NCBI GenBank assembly: GCA_951406725.2
Contig: OX597819.1
Span: 103,726,001-103,790,000, forward strand
Source of the DNA: Octopus vulgaris
Lineage: Eukaryota
Direction of reading: 5' to 3'
DNA: 64,000 nucleotides
Within the stretch, counting starts at the first letter, position 1. Each line of letters opens with the position of its first letter. The notes beneath the pieces are model-generated. The model worked only from the letters and a program-made list of their open reading frames with translations. It was not told the origin of the DNA and made no database searches. Shown here in pieces: positions 40,631-54,221 of this stretch. A program made the translations under genes and the position numbers.

Positions 40631-42319
40631 ACGTGTATGTATGTATGTATGTATGTATGTATGTATGTATGTATGCATGTATGTATGTATGTATGTATGT
40701 ATGTATGTATGTATGTATGTTTGTATGTATGTATGTATGTATGTGTATGTATGTATGTATGTATGTGTGTATGTATGTATGTATGTATGTGTGCATGTAT
40801 GTATGTATGTATAGGAAGAGAGACAGAGAGAGATAAAGAGAAGAAATAATTGACAGATTATTATAAATGTGTGTGTTTGTTAGTGTGTGTATTTGAGGAA
40901 TACATTCCCGCTATTTCTATATCCTAAATCCTTGTCAGCATTTGTGCCCACTCTTTCTCTCTCTCTCTCTCTCTCCATCTGTCAATTCACGCCAATACGT
41001 ATATCTATATATATGTGTATATATGTGTGGGCAAGCTTCGCAAGCCTATAAACACACATGTAGACGTCCATTCACACGGGCACACACACACACACACACA
41101 CACACATACGCATACACACACATATACTGACAGCACCGAAAGTGCCAGAGAGGTAGATAGACATGTAGTTATTAAGAATATATTCCAATGCAAACATAGC
41201 CATGATTCAAAAGGACAAGAGATGGATGTTGTAGGGAATGATGAGATATCAATTGGTGAATGCGTGCTTTACTTGTATGGAGAAGACAAAAATAAATTTG
41301 ACAAAACAATCAGAATAAATAAAGAAGTAAAAATATGAGTGAAAGACACCAGAGAATCTCCAAATCCTGGGATTTAATCTGCACGTCGATAAGTGAGAAT
41401 CTAAGAGTATGATTATTGGTAAACTGAAATAAGATGTAAAGTCCGTGAGGAGTGAGTGAACGCTAGGAATAATCTCGAAATATAGACATCTTCATTAACT
41501 GGTGGGACAGGCTGGGGAATTGGTGTGGGTAATTGATGCAGATCAGGGGATGGGAGTAAAATAAGTTTGTGGATATTCGTAGTAGTAGATGGAAAACTCC
41601 AGTTAGTTACATATTATTGAGCAGAGCTATGATCAATAGCAATCTGTGACTGTCCCCTATTCATTCAGTCATCTAAGACATTTTCGATCTCTTTTATTTT
41701 TCTATGATGGTGGAGATATATGAAGTAGATTTGCTACAAATAACGAGTAAAATGACCTTGAAGAGAAGCAAAACTCTTTGCTGTTGTTACTTTTGTTGTT
41801 GCTGTTCTTGTCATTGGTATAGTAATTGTTTTTGTTGTTGTTTTGCGCTAAGCCAACCGTGATTCAGTAGACCTGTGATCAATATCCTTTCGGTCCTTAC
41901 CATCTCATCCTATTCAAAATCATGTGGGCATACATTATTTAATGTATCCTAGTCTTTCCCCCAAAACGCCTAGTTATGCTTTGAGCAAGAAGTAGTCGGT
42001 ATTTATAGCAAGAGAATCAACAGGGTAAAGGTTTCTGGTATTGCTGTCGGTGTTGTTGTTATTAATGGAATGATGTTGAACAACTGTGTGTGTGTGTATG
42101 TGAATTAGGATTATTGGTTGTGGGAATGCAGTATGTGGGTATGGTATGCTGGACTGCAATTTTTTTTATTTGGTGGGGGTTATCATATGTGGTAGTATTT
42201 GGAGTGTGGGAGAGTGCGGCGCCTAAGAGAATGATGTGTGGGAGTGTGTTGTTTGGGAATGCAATATTTAGGGGTATGGAGTGTAGGATTGTGATGTGTA
42301 ATAGTGAGGTTTGTAGGTG

Positions 42320-42645
42320 TGTGGAATCACGTGGCTTTCTGGTTAGGGTATTCGTCTTACGATCGCTAGGTCGTGAGTTCGATTTCTAGCAGTACGTTCT
42401 GTCTTTGAGCAAGATATTTTATTTCACGTTACTCCAGTCTACTCCGCTGGCAATAATGAGTTGTACGTGTATTTCAAAGTGCTAGCATTGTTGTATTCTG
42501 TGTCACGCTGAATCTCCCCGAGAACTACGTTAATGGTACACGTGACTGTGGAGTGATGAATCGCTTGCACGTTGATTTCACGAGCAGGCCGTTCAGTTGA
42601 TCGGATCAACTGGAACGTTCATCGACGTAACCGACGGAATGCCAA
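42320..42645 (+). mobile_element. tRNA-derived SINE family D (CORE-like centre)
   Basis: tggttagggtattcg...gtgagttcgatttc (A/B boxes), then tgtctttgagcaagatattttatttcacgttactccagt; 3' pieces recur near 31480, 52610 and 56935. Confidence 0.65.
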
Positions 42646-43032
42646 ATGTAGGAGTGTGGTAGTATTGTGTGTGTAGTGCGACGTGTTGTATGTAAAAGTG
42701 TGTGATATGTAGGATTTTAGAGTGGCTAAATGTAGTGTGTGGTCGCTCTCTGAAACGACCGAGGTGGCAGGTTTTAAAGCTATATCTAAAAAGAGAGAAC
42801 GAGTCAGCTAGAAGAGGACGCGGAAAATGATAAAGAATGAAGATTAGAAAGAGATGAGGAGAGAGGAGGAAAGAGAGGTATAAGAGAGAGCAAGAGAAGA
42901 GTTAGAATTTGGGAGATATATGATAACTGAGAAAAGGAAAAAATTGACCCTGAAAGAAAAATAATGAGAGTAAAAGTGTGTTTGAGGAAGAGAAAGAGAA
43001 AAAAATGAGAAATAAAAGATAGATGAGGATAG

Positions 43033-43050
43033 AAAAGAAAGAAAGAATGA

Positions 43051-43094
<44 letters not shown>

Positions 43095-43360
43095 AGGAAA
43101 GAAAGAAGGAAAGGAAGGAAGGAAAGAAGGAAGAAAGAAAGGAAGGAAGGAAGGAAGGAAGGAAGGAAGGAAGGAAGGAAGGCAGGAAGGAAGGAAGAAG
43201 GAAAGAAAGAAAGAAACAAACAAAGAAACAAAGGAAGAAACAAAGGAAGGAAGGAAGGAAGGAAGGAAGGAAGGAAGGAAGGAAGGAAGAAAGAAAGGAA
43301 GAAAGAAAGAAGGAAAGGAAGAAAGAAAGGAAGGAAGAAAGGAAGGAAGGAAGAAAGGAA

Positions 43361-43400
<40 letters not shown>
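43033..43400. repeat. (GAAA)/(GGAA)n polypurine tract
   Basis: Direct reading. Confidence 0.95.
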
Positions 43401-43402
<2 letters not shown>

Positions 43403-45582
43403 GAAACAGATGAACAAATAAGCAAAGAAAGGGATGCAGAAATATAAATTCAGTTTCGAAATCAATATGTATCGTTGGCAATGATGTGGCCAGTGTTCGG
43501 TGTAGCATCAAACGGACAGCGGTGACACCTTTAGAGATCAATTAATTAACTTCTAGAATGGGAAGAGTTAGGGTTGGGAAGGAAGATAGGGCTAGAAAAA
43601 ACTGATGATAGTAACGATCATAACGATGGATGAAATGTGGTTGATGACGACAATGATGACGGTAGTGGCGGTGGTGGTGGTGGTGGTGGACATAATTACT
43701 CTTGTTATTGTTGTTGCTGATGGTGGTGAGTGAGTGTTGGTCGGTGTGATTGTAATGGCATTTGTGCTGCTGATAGCAACGGTTGTGCCACTGTTGATAG
43801 TGGTGGCCACAAGGACGATGATGAGTTTAGTGCTGGTGTTTGAGTCGAAAGGGACTTGGCTACTATTTCTAGCAGGTTATGCTACCACGTGAGAATGTTT
43901 CATTGAGTCAGCACAAACTTTGAAAGATTATAAGCATGATAATCAGCGTATCAATAAAACGTTATGCCGTGGTATGTTTCCCGGAAACTACAGGATGATG
44001 GCCATAGCGATAGGAAGTGTAATTTTTGTTTGTAACAGGGTATCGTTGCATCACGTCACACTTGCAAGGCTATGCCTTCGAAATGGAGTTGCACAAATAG
44101 AGAATTAACACAGAGCAACATGAGAAAGTAATGAAAATTGCTTAGAAGCTAGACCAATTGTTGTAAAATAAACCAATATAAAACAACTTTTCTTTGTATA
44201 TAAGGAAATAATAAAGTTTAAGTAATTACGTTGGCGAAAACGATTAGACACAGATAATGAAAAAGGGAGTGTAAAAGCCAACTTAAGTATTCCACAATGC
44301 ACGAAATTAAAACATTGGTAAAACTAGCGTTTATGGCGGTTTATATTCTGCTACAAGATTGGGCAAGGAAGAAACGAGGCAATAGAAATGAAAACAAGGA
44401 TTCGGAAGCTGTTGGTTGACAAAATGAGTTTGAATTTAAATGAGCAACCTTAATTCTTAGACAGAGATGAATAATATTAATATATAGATATGCGCGGCGG
44501 TTTGCTGGGGTTGGGTATCACGAAATAATTAAAGCTAATGTAAATCTATGTATGATTTGGATGTGTATGTAGGAGTCCTGGTGCATTACTTTGGCCATAA
44601 ATAGAGGCTATAATGTCGTTAAACAGTTCTGTTCTTAAGCACACATTATTGAGGAAAAAGACTTGCCAAAGAGGGAATCGCTATCTGCAATAAATAGCAG
44701 CAAAATCCCTTTCAAGTTGCATGCATTTTTTTATCAAAAAGGACGAATACGATCTTGTTTTATTGATATACTGAATCTGGGATATCATTTTTGGTGGGGT
44801 TTTTTTTTTAATTTGACACTTTGTAAGGTCGTTCTTAATCAGAGCTAAGCAACAACGATAACACATAACGCAATCTAGTGCCAAATGCAAACTATATAAT
44901 TAACTTAAAACTTCGATCGAGCAGATCAATCACAACTACCTGGTACTCACAAAGACATGACTAGATAAATTTCATTATCAGCTGAGTGTACCAGATTAAC
45001 TCCCAAATGTATTCTGCATTAAATTAATTTTCATTAATTAATATTCCAGGCTTATCTCCCCTGTCTTCTTTCACAGGAACCAGTCATTAAGGAAATTATT
45101 TGTTCCTATCACTAAGGCTGTACTGTTAATTAATTAAAATTTCTTGGTTCACTACATCAGATATGTTACCGCTCACTTTACAATATACATTTCATACAAT
45201 AGGCAACCCTAAATATTTAAACATGAACTATTTAACCAAGTCAGATTTTTGCACGAACGTACCTAAGCAAAATTAAAATCATATCGTAACATTGACCAAA
45301 TAGTGAGCTTTACAACTGGTAACTGTGTGGTAACTGAATTTGTCCTTTAAATACCTTATGATATGCTCCAGCAGTCTGTTTATTACGGACAGAACTTTGA
45401 CTAACACAGTTGACATTGTCAGCGCTAATTCATAGATACATTTTAATTCATAGATACAATGTATTCGGCTACAATCGGATCTTGACAAACACATAATACA
45501 CTAAGGAGTATTCCTGCCTTCAATATTTTTAAATGAATTTAATATTACTATTGAAATCTTTTGTGAGTAAAATCTTTTTTTA

Positions 45583-45633
<51 letters not shown>

Positions 45634-45644
45634 CATATGTACTT

Positions 45645-45768
45645 GGAATTTCCAGAAAAACAAAAGACGAAGACAGGTGTATAAACAACAAACATGTGTT
45701 TTAGTTTAACGCTCGGGAAGGTGAGACAGATTTTTACGCCTCGAGCCTACGCTCTTCAACAGAAAGGA
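45645..45768 (-). mobile_element. Hammerhead-bearing short repeat family H1, copy b
   Basis: Minus strand: cuuuCUGUUGAaGAGCguagGCUCgaggcgua (GAAA mutated). Confidence 0.75.
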
Positions 45769-46438
45769 TTATATATATATTCTCTCCCTTTCTCTTGCTC
45801 CTCCTCCCCTCTCCCGTCGCTGACACGCGACGAGAGGGCCACTACTCCCTTTCTGACCCGGCTCCAATCAAGTGTAGACGGCTTTCCCTGTCTCTCTCGC
45901 CGTTCTCAAAGCGTTCAAAATATTTTTTCATTCGTTCTGGCTTAACAGCCCTTAATGTTCGTGTTACTGTTATTGTCCTTGTCCTGTATTTTACTGTTTA
46001 TTTTGGATTGTATTTACTGTCCTGTTTTTGTTACCATTTTTACCCCTCCGCCAAAAAATCTCAAATTTTATTTAATTTGCTTCTACGGGAAGGACAGTTT
46101 CCATGAAGTCGTGTCTCGCCTTTACCTTCGAAACGCGGAGTAGCTGAAACAGAGGCGGCTGAAGAAGGGGAATGTTGTATGTCTTGTGTTGTATGTCTTG
46201 TACTCTATTTTTTCGTTGTTTAAGAAAATGTCCATTTCCTTGGTTTTGTGTTTATGTTTTCGTTTCTCATTGTATTCGACGTTTTTTTGAGTGTCCTGTA
46301 CCCATATATGCATATATATATATATATATATACATATAGAAGTAGGTACGTACATATATGTATGTATAAATGCATATGTTTTATTTATTATTTTCTTATT
46401 ATATGATAGAACGCATGCATCCAGTTCTAAGTAACTTT

Positions 46439-46512
<74 letters not shown>

Positions 46513-46516
46513 CTAA

Positions 46517-46875
46517 CAACCAAAATGTTGTGGTGGTTTGACCGCATGGAGAGGATGGATGAAGTGCGGATGGTAAGAAGGAGAATGAAGAGAGAAGCGG
46601 TAGGCAGCAGAACCAGAGGCAGACCTCGGTTTGTGTGGATGGATGGAGTAAGGAAAGTTTGGAAAGTATTTGCGAACGGATGAGTGAATTTTATGTCACT
46701 GAAAGTGGTATGGAATCAGCATGATGCGGCGGAGGTAAACCAACTTATGCTGTCGGACCCCGCTGTTGGTATTGAGGGTTGCGTACTATGCCTTGACCCG
46801 ATCATAGAAGGGGGTTCGTCTCTTTGAGCTGGGAAATGAATGGAATGTCTGGTGTGTCTTCTTGTGGGTACACCC
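46517..46875 (+). mobile_element. RTE-clade LINE 3' fragment
   Basis: LWWFDRMERMDEVRMVRR..GSRTRGRPRFVWMDGVRK matches the RTE C-terminal LRWFGHVxRM..GxRxRGRP..WxDxV motif. Confidence 0.8.
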
Positions 46876-46901
46876 TCTTAAAAAAATGAGGAATAGGGCT
46901 G

Positions 46902-46934
<33 letters not shown>

Positions 46935-46937
<3 letters not shown>

Positions 46938-47312
46938 TAAAAATTACAAAATGGGACAAGAAAGCAAAACATCCGGTAAGTTAGGTGATACAAAAATGGG
47001 AAAACTAAACACCCAGATAGACAATACAAAGAAAACAAGGACGGGTCATTCGAAGTTTTCTTTCCTCAGTCAAGTACCAGATTATCATCGCAATGTCGGT
47101 TGATTATACTTGAGATTGCTCCAATCTGGCCAGCCCCAAAGAAAAACTAAGCAAAGTGCATTAGATTCCTTGGAAAAAAAGCAGCGAATGTATGCAAAAA
47201 GAAGGACGGAAAAAACGGACGATGTTACACAAATACAATAAAAATAATAACAGGACATAACAACAGGTGTCTTTTGACTAAAGACCAAAACAAATTAAGC
47301 TGGCATGTTTGG

Positions 47313-47314
<2 letters not shown>
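46935..47314 (-). mobile_element. Strand-biased insert in (TA)n, probable Penelope-like terminal fragment
   Basis: A-rich plus strand flanked by pure (TA)n; the minus strand has a hammerhead-like CUGAGGA-aagaaaacuuc-GAAU-gacccGUC. Confidence 0.4.
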
Positions 47315-47379
<65 letters not shown>

Positions 47380-47505
47380 ATATATATAATACAAATAAGA
47401 AAATGGAGAAACAAACTTCATTGATACATCAAGATTCGCCCAAGAGGGAAATACTTTAGTAAATTTCACTGTACTCTCAAAGAAGTATCAGTTGTTATTC
47501 TTAAA

Positions 47506-47722
47506 TTAGTTTGAAATTTAGGCAGAGGGCCTGAAATTTTAGTGAAGGAGGCTAGTTGATTGTATTGACTCTCACGTCCCATTTGCTCAACTAACATTTA
47601 CTCATCAATCCCGAAAGGAAAGGTCGACCAGGGCAGATTTTTAACTCAGAAAGTTAAGGCTAACAAAAGGATCGCTAAGCATTTTGCCCAGCGTTTTAAC
47701 GAACCTACCAGCTCGCCGCATT
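47506..47722 (-). mobile_element. SINE family A, degenerate
   Basis: cccgaaaggaaaggtcgacc...aactcagaa...gctaagcattttgccc...ccagctcgccgc. Confidence 0.7.
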
Positions 47723-48043
47723 AAAAGTACTTTAAAATAATAACACTATTCTAACATCTAAAATAACTGGTGTTGGTGATGGCGATAGAAAGAGAGTTGG
47801 TAGCGGGGTTAACAGTGTCTCTGGCAGCGGTGGCGCACGCAGTAATCATGACAGTGTTGGTTGTGTTTGTGGTGGTGAAGACGGCAGTGAGGTCGGCGGT
47901 GGTAATGCTGAATGCAGAAAAACATCAACCGGAACGTCAATAACAAACATCAAATTCTCTTACGACACAATGATACCTCATCACCTAAATAATACACTCA
48001 CATATACATTCATACGCACAAATACACACACACATATATACAT

Positions 48044-48084
<41 letters not shown>

Positions 48085-48288
48085 CAGGGAACGAGAAAGA
48101 TGGAAACGGGGAAACATTCATACATAATCATATATAACTGTACACATACTCAAAAACACAAACACATATATACATGTGTGTATGTATGTGTGTATGTGTG
48201 TGTGTGTGTGTGTGTGTGAGTGTGTGTGTGTGTGTGTACCGAATCATTTATGTAAGCCGATATATATGTCGAGCACGTACACACACAT

Positions 48289-48325
<37 letters not shown>

Positions 48326-48610
48326 CATACACACACACATATATATACACACACATACAAACAAGTACATATGCATACACTAATATGATCATTATCAACC
48401 TTTCAAGTTGATGTCATTAATTTACTGAGATAATGTAAATCATTTCCTATATACTTTGATATCTTATTGACAACATCAAGCTGTTTTAACTATTGATTGG
48501 TTTATGTTATCGATCTGCTTAGATATTGATTTCTTTTTTTATATTTAATTCTCTTATTTATTCATATACGTCGTACTTATATACATTATATACAAATAAA
48601 TATGCACAGC

Positions 48611-48649
<39 letters not shown>

Positions 48650-48711
48650 CATATATGTTTGTATTTATATACGTGTATGTATGTTTGTATGCATTAATGT
48701 ATATATGTAGG

Positions 48712-48743
<32 letters not shown>

Positions 48744-48850
48744 TGTTTATATATATAGTTGTATGTATGATTGTATGTATATATATGTATATATATATAT
48801 ATATATATAAATGTGTGTATATATATATATATATATTTATATACATATTT

Positions 48851-48934
<84 letters not shown>

Positions 48935-49101
48935 GTATATATACATATATAAGCACATTCACACCATTTTATGCCTATAATTATGTGGATTACTATTTAA
49001 TTACATATATTTTTCTGTTATTTTTGTGTGTTACTTAAGTCTATGTTTATACATTTAGATGTGGTAACGTAATTTTCTCTAATTTTCTCTCCCCTTCACT
49101 C

Positions 49102-49153
<52 letters not shown>

Positions 49154-49439
49154 TAACACCGAAAGTATGTGTGTGTGTGTGTGTCTGTCTGTGTGTGGGT
49201 GTATGTTTGTGTCATGTGCGTGTGTGTGTTTGCGCGCACGCGCGTTTAATTAACCTCTCCCTTTCACTCGTCCACTCTCACTCAAACACATTCATTCACA
49301 CTTTTGTGTTTGTTTTTCCATCTAATTAATTTCTCTTATTTTTAAGGACTTAAGTGTACTCTTGTGTATGTGTGTATGGGGGGGGGGGGGGTGCGTTCGC
49401 GCGTGCGTGTGTGTGTGTGCATTCTTTTATCTTTTATCT

Positions 49440-49630
49440 TTTCCTTGTTTCAGTCATTAGACTGCGGTCATGCTGGAGCACGGCATTGAATTGTATAGCT
49501 GAACAAATCGACCTCAGTACATTTTCTTTTCCATGTTTGATACTTATTATATTAATTCTTTCTGCCGAACAGCTAAGTGGCAGTGACGTCAAAAGACAAA
49601 AGACACTGGTTTTCAAGCAGCAGTAGGGAA
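49440..49630 (-). mobile_element. SINE family B, 3' part
   Basis: cttgtttcagtcattagactgcggtcatgctggagcac...aaatcgacc. Confidence 0.7.
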
Positions 49631-49868
49631 AAACAGAAACACAAACACCACACAAACACACTCTCACACGCACACACTCACACACATGCACGCGCGCACA
49701 CACACGCGCACACATATTTTGTAACCAAAATTAGGGAGTGGAGTACATAAAGTTCAGGCTGCGTATGTTTCATAGCTAACAAAAATTGGAAGTAGTAATT
49801 ATCCAAACGAACAGCAATCCGCTTATCTTCCGACATCTTGATCCTTGGATTTTACCTTTACATATATA

Positions 49869-51479
49869 CAGTTGCGGCTAAAATGTTCAGAACGGCATTG
49901 TTTTCGCCAGAAAAGTAGATATAATTTTTTATCAAAGTTGTTTTCTGTTCTATAATTTTCACAGACAATAAATACAATACTAATTGATATTGTGTGAGAT
50001 TTTGGTGTAATTTGAGAGGAGAATACAAAAGTTATGGATGATTTAGTAATTTACTGCAAAACACATGGCGGCGAAAATGATCAGAACGGTTGAAAAAATA
50101 ACAAAATAATCAAAAATGACAGAGAATACTGGAATTATTTAATATTTAGTGTGAAGCCCTTTAGCTTCAATCACACTCTGACATCTTCGACTGCATGAGG
50201 AAATTAAATTTTCAATTTCTTGCTAGGTGATCTTATTCCATTCTTCTTGAAGGGCATTCCATAATTGCTCGGTTGTTTTAGGATTTCTGGCTTTCGAACG
50301 TTCTCCTAGAATATTCCACACATTTTCAATAGGATTGAGATCTGGGCTTTGAGCAGGCTAATCCATAATAATAGCCTTTTCAGCCTTGAGGAAGTTCATG
50401 ACCACCTTAGCCTTGTGACATGGGGCATTGTCCTGCATGGATATGGGTGGTCGCTTAGTTGAATTTCTCAGCACAGGCAAGACATGATCTTTTACAAGTC
50501 CTGCATTTACCTTTCCGTGTAATCGCACCAAAGAGCCCACACCATCTCCAGATATCATCCCCCAAACTATGGCACTTCCTCCACTGAATTTAACACTAGT
50601 CTTAATGCATTTAGGCGACAATTTTTCATCTACTTTTCAACAAATGTACCTTTTCCCATCTGAGCCAAATAACATAAACTTAGATTCATCACTGAAATGC
50701 ACCGTTTGCCATTTTTCTTGAGACCACAACACATGTTCGGTTGCAAAAGTAAGACGACACTTTTTATTTTTGGAGCTGATCAGTGGCTTCACTGCAGGTG
50801 CTCTTGCTTGTAGGTTATGTTCAACTAAACAATGAGACATAGTTTTTCGAGATAACGTTTTCTTCAGTACAATGCTCATTTCCCGAGAAATAGCAGCAGC
50901 AGTTTTAAATCTGTCCTTTTTGACCAACTCTACCATAGCACGATCTTCTCTCTTGGTCGTTTTACTTGGCGTACCTGTAGACTTTCTTGCTTCACACGAA
51001 CCACTATCATCGAAGACCTTAAGAATACCGTGAACAACACTTTTTGACTTGTTAACAATCTTTACAATAGACCCAATACTTAAATTATCCTTCTTTCGAA
51101 GCTTAATAATCTGCTGACGAATTGGTAAAGGAGTAAGTGGCATTATATTAAGAAAGTACACTGCAGATATTCTTACTAATGTTTAGTAAACGAACTATCA
51201 CGTAAACAAATTCAAAACATTAGAGTTCGCCGGTTAAATATACTAAAACACGGAGTAAAAGCAACCATTCTGATCATTTTGGCCGCCATGGGTTTTGCAG
51301 TAAATCACTAAATCATCTATAACTTTTGTATTATCCTCTCAAAATACACCAAAATCTCAGACAATAACAATTAATATCGTATTTATTGTCTGTGAAAATT
51401 ATAGAATATAAAACTTTGATAAAAGCTTATATCTACTTTTCTTGCGAAAACAATGCCGTTCTGAACATTTTGGCCGCAA

Positions 51480-51482
<3 letters not shown>
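49869..51482 (-). mobile_element. Full-length Tc1-family transposon with IR/DR termini
   Basis: TA|CAGTTGCGGC...GCCGCAACTG|TA; ~225-bp TIRs, each with outer and inner direct repeats (gcggc.aaaatg.tcagaa.gg); 1614 bp. Confidence 0.95.
50139..51143 (-). pseudogene. Tc1 DD34E transposase pseudogene
   Basis: 335 codons in one frame with FSDES, VWG, QDNAPCH and PAQSPDLNPIENVW (34 residues between D and E); in-frame stops at 50637-50639, 50358-50360 and ~50223-50225. Confidence 0.93.
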
Positions 51483-51563
<81 letters not shown>

Positions 51564-51580
51564 AGGTACGTTTGCATAAA

Positions 51581-51779
51581 GGCGCGACTATGTGGTAAGA
51601 AGTTTGCTTCCCCACAACGTGGTTCCGGGTTCAGTCCCACTCTGTGGCACCTTGTCTTCTACTATAGGCTCAGTGAGAAAACAAAATCTGAAAGAAGCCT
51701 ATCGCATATATATATATATATAATATAATATATATATATAAGTAAATAAATATATATATATAAATAAATATATATATAT

Positions 51780-51822
<43 letters not shown>

Positions 51823-52005
51823 TGTATGTATGTATGAATGTATGTATGTATGAATGTATGTATGTACATATGTATGTATCTACGTTCGTGTGTCAGTGTC
51901 TGTCCCCCCACCATCGCTTGATAACCGGTGTTGGCATGTTTACGTCCCCGTAACTTAGCAATAGAATAAGTACTAGATTTTCAAAAAGTACTGATATCGA
52001 TTCCT
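51581..52005 (+). mobile_element. SINE family B with expanded internal microsatellite
   Basis: tgtggtaagaagtttgcttccc...ggttcagtcccactctgtggcacctt and tgtccccccaccatcgcttgataaccggtgttgg...tagaataagtactag. Confidence 0.8.
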
Positions 52006-52041
52006 TAAAAAAGTATAAATAACTCTTATATATATATATAT

Positions 52042-52086
<45 letters not shown>

Positions 52087-52291
52087 AAAAATGTATGTAT
52101 GTGTGAGTGTATGCAGAAGTTGGTATATATTTATATATATACATGCATATCATACATATACATACATCATATACATATGTATACATAAAGATATATGCAT
52201 GCATTATTTCAAATATTGTAATATATTGATATTTGAATGTTTGTACGTACATGTTAATAAACATACGTGTGTGTGTGTGTATGCATGCGTT

Positions 52292-52428
52292 GTTGTACGC
52301 TCGTATGCACGTATTTACATATGTATGTATGCTGTTATATACGTGCTACCGATGGACAGTTGTACGCTCGTATGCACGTATTTACATATGTATGTATGCT
52401 GTTATATACGTGCTACCGATGGACAGTT
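52292..52428. repeat. 67-bp tandem duplication
   Basis: gttgtacgctcgtatgcacgtatttacatatg...gctaccgatggaca occurs twice, identical. Confidence 0.9.
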
Positions 52429-53365
52429 AAGCCTATTACGCAGTAAATTATTCTCAATTTCAATTCCGCTAAATGGGATCTTAAGCAAGTACCTTTTCCT
52501 TTATTGTCGAGCGAAATCGCCTGCTCTATGGATGACTCTCAGGTGAATTGTACTAGTAATGAAACACGAATTGACGATGAAAATTGGACTGGATGTCCAT
52601 CTCACCGTGGTATTCACAGCCACTTACATGCCAGTTAATAAGCCGGATAATTTAGCTGATCGACCTGTACACATGATCGGATACTCAGATGGAGATCTAA
52701 CCTAACATGCTGCACATACACACACACGCACACATACACACACATACGCACAATTTGACCTTCAAAATGTGTGGTGATGAAATGACTACATGTCCAAGAA
52801 GGGCTACGTGTCTTCTTACTCTCACTAAGTGAATTATTCTCCAGCTGTCACAGAAACTATTGTTAGTATACGCAGAGTTTCTTCTTATGGTATTTTCTTG
52901 ATGTAGTTCTATCCAACAGTCTTTGAGTCATACTGAGACATCAATGGTATGCCTTGAGCATACGTGATTTTGTATATACATGTGTGATCTGTAGTACAAT
53001 GTGTAAGCATTACCGTGCGTTTAAGACGAGCGCTTCAAAACTAGAATGGTTATGGCCCCGTTCCTAATTCATAGCATCTTGTACAAGAGATTCACCAAGA
53101 ATCTCTGATCAGCCCAAGATTTGTTCGTCAAATTGTGTAAGCAACATGATTTGGAGCCCGCCGTAATCGATAGTAATATGTTGTAAGTGGAAGTGAATAT
53201 GTCCTTCTGCTTTAACACCAACCCCGTGTAATTCGGGTGTGTTTAACAGAGACACATGTATTGTCAGCATTTATATTGTTATGCCAGATATGACGAGAGT
53301 CGATAATACAAGGGACTGAATTTCTTCTAATTTTATTGAAATAGCGACCAAAATTTTAGCCACGA

Positions 53366-53590
53366 GCATGGCTTCGTGGTAATAGGGTTGTTTCCTAGTC
53401 AAATAGTTCCTGGTTCAGTCCCATTGCATGTCGCCTTGGACGAGGTTTTTTTTTACTACATCCCCTGACAATCAAAGCCTTGAGAGTACATTTGACAGTC
53501 GATGCGTGTGTGAGTGTGTGTGTCTGAGTAGTGTTGTTTACGTCCTTTTAAATCAATAGTTCAGTAAAAGAGACAGGTAGTGATCCCACA
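53366..53590 (+). mobile_element. SINE family B, degenerate
   Basis: gttcctggttcagtcccattgcatgtcgccttgg...caaagccttgagagt. Confidence 0.6.
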
Positions 53591-53655
53591 TGACAGCAAT
53601 CGAATTACTTAAGCTATTAAAATATAAAACACACACACACACACATATATATATA

Positions 53656-53817
53656 GGGAGAGTTTACGAAAAAAAACAAAAGACGAAGACAGGTGGTGCA
53701 CAAAACAAACAGATGTATTAGTATAACGCTCAGGAACAGAAAAAGTATTTTACGTTTCGAGCCTACGCTCTTCTACAGAAAAAACAAGATGAAAAAAATG
53801 TGTGTAGTGGCTAATGA

Positions 53818-53820
<3 letters not shown>
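53656..53820 (-). mobile_element. Hammerhead-bearing short repeat family H1, copy c
   Basis: Minus strand: uuuCUGUAGAaGAGCguagGCUCGAAACGUA|aaa; flanked by TA repeats. Confidence 0.8.
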
Positions 53821-53862
<42 letters not shown>

Positions 53863-53925
53863 GTAATAGTAAGACAACAAAAGAATGAAAGAGACCTCGA
53901 TATTATGTAAATAGAGGAATTTATC

Positions 53926-54138
53926 TGTAATATAATATGGGAAGATTATTCGGTTGCCATAATAAAACTACGAGTTTCGGATGTCGGGGCGGAAACCTGC
54001 ACCGGCATCTCATATCATATTTTGATTGCCTCGATAACTGAGGAGATGCGGGTGCAAGTTTCCCACACACACACACACACACACATCCGAAACTCGGAGT
54101 TTTATTATGGCAACCGAATAATTGTCACATATTATATT

Positions 54139-54141
<3 letters not shown>
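53926..54141. mobile_element. Fold-back element with hammerhead motif
   Basis: Inverted arms at 53926-54010 and 54043-54141 (attattcggttgccataataaaact / agttttattatggcaaccgaataat). Confidence 0.75.
54034..54105 (+). ncRNA. Type I hammerhead motif with (CA)n-expanded loop II
   Basis: AUAA-CUGAGGA-GAUG-[long loop including (CA)n]-CAUC-c-GAA-ACU-cgg-AGU-U|UUAU. Confidence 0.55.

Positions 54142-54221
<80 letters not shown>

Noticed and set aside
42804-43541. 245-aa FLPS-repeat ORF and the opposite KEGR ORF
   Set aside because: Translation of the (GGAA)/(GAAA)n tract.
46095-46180. Hammerhead-like pieces (cuucGAAACgcg; CUGAAGAagggg)
   Set aside because: The core halves are in the wrong order or incomplete; no full fold could be built.
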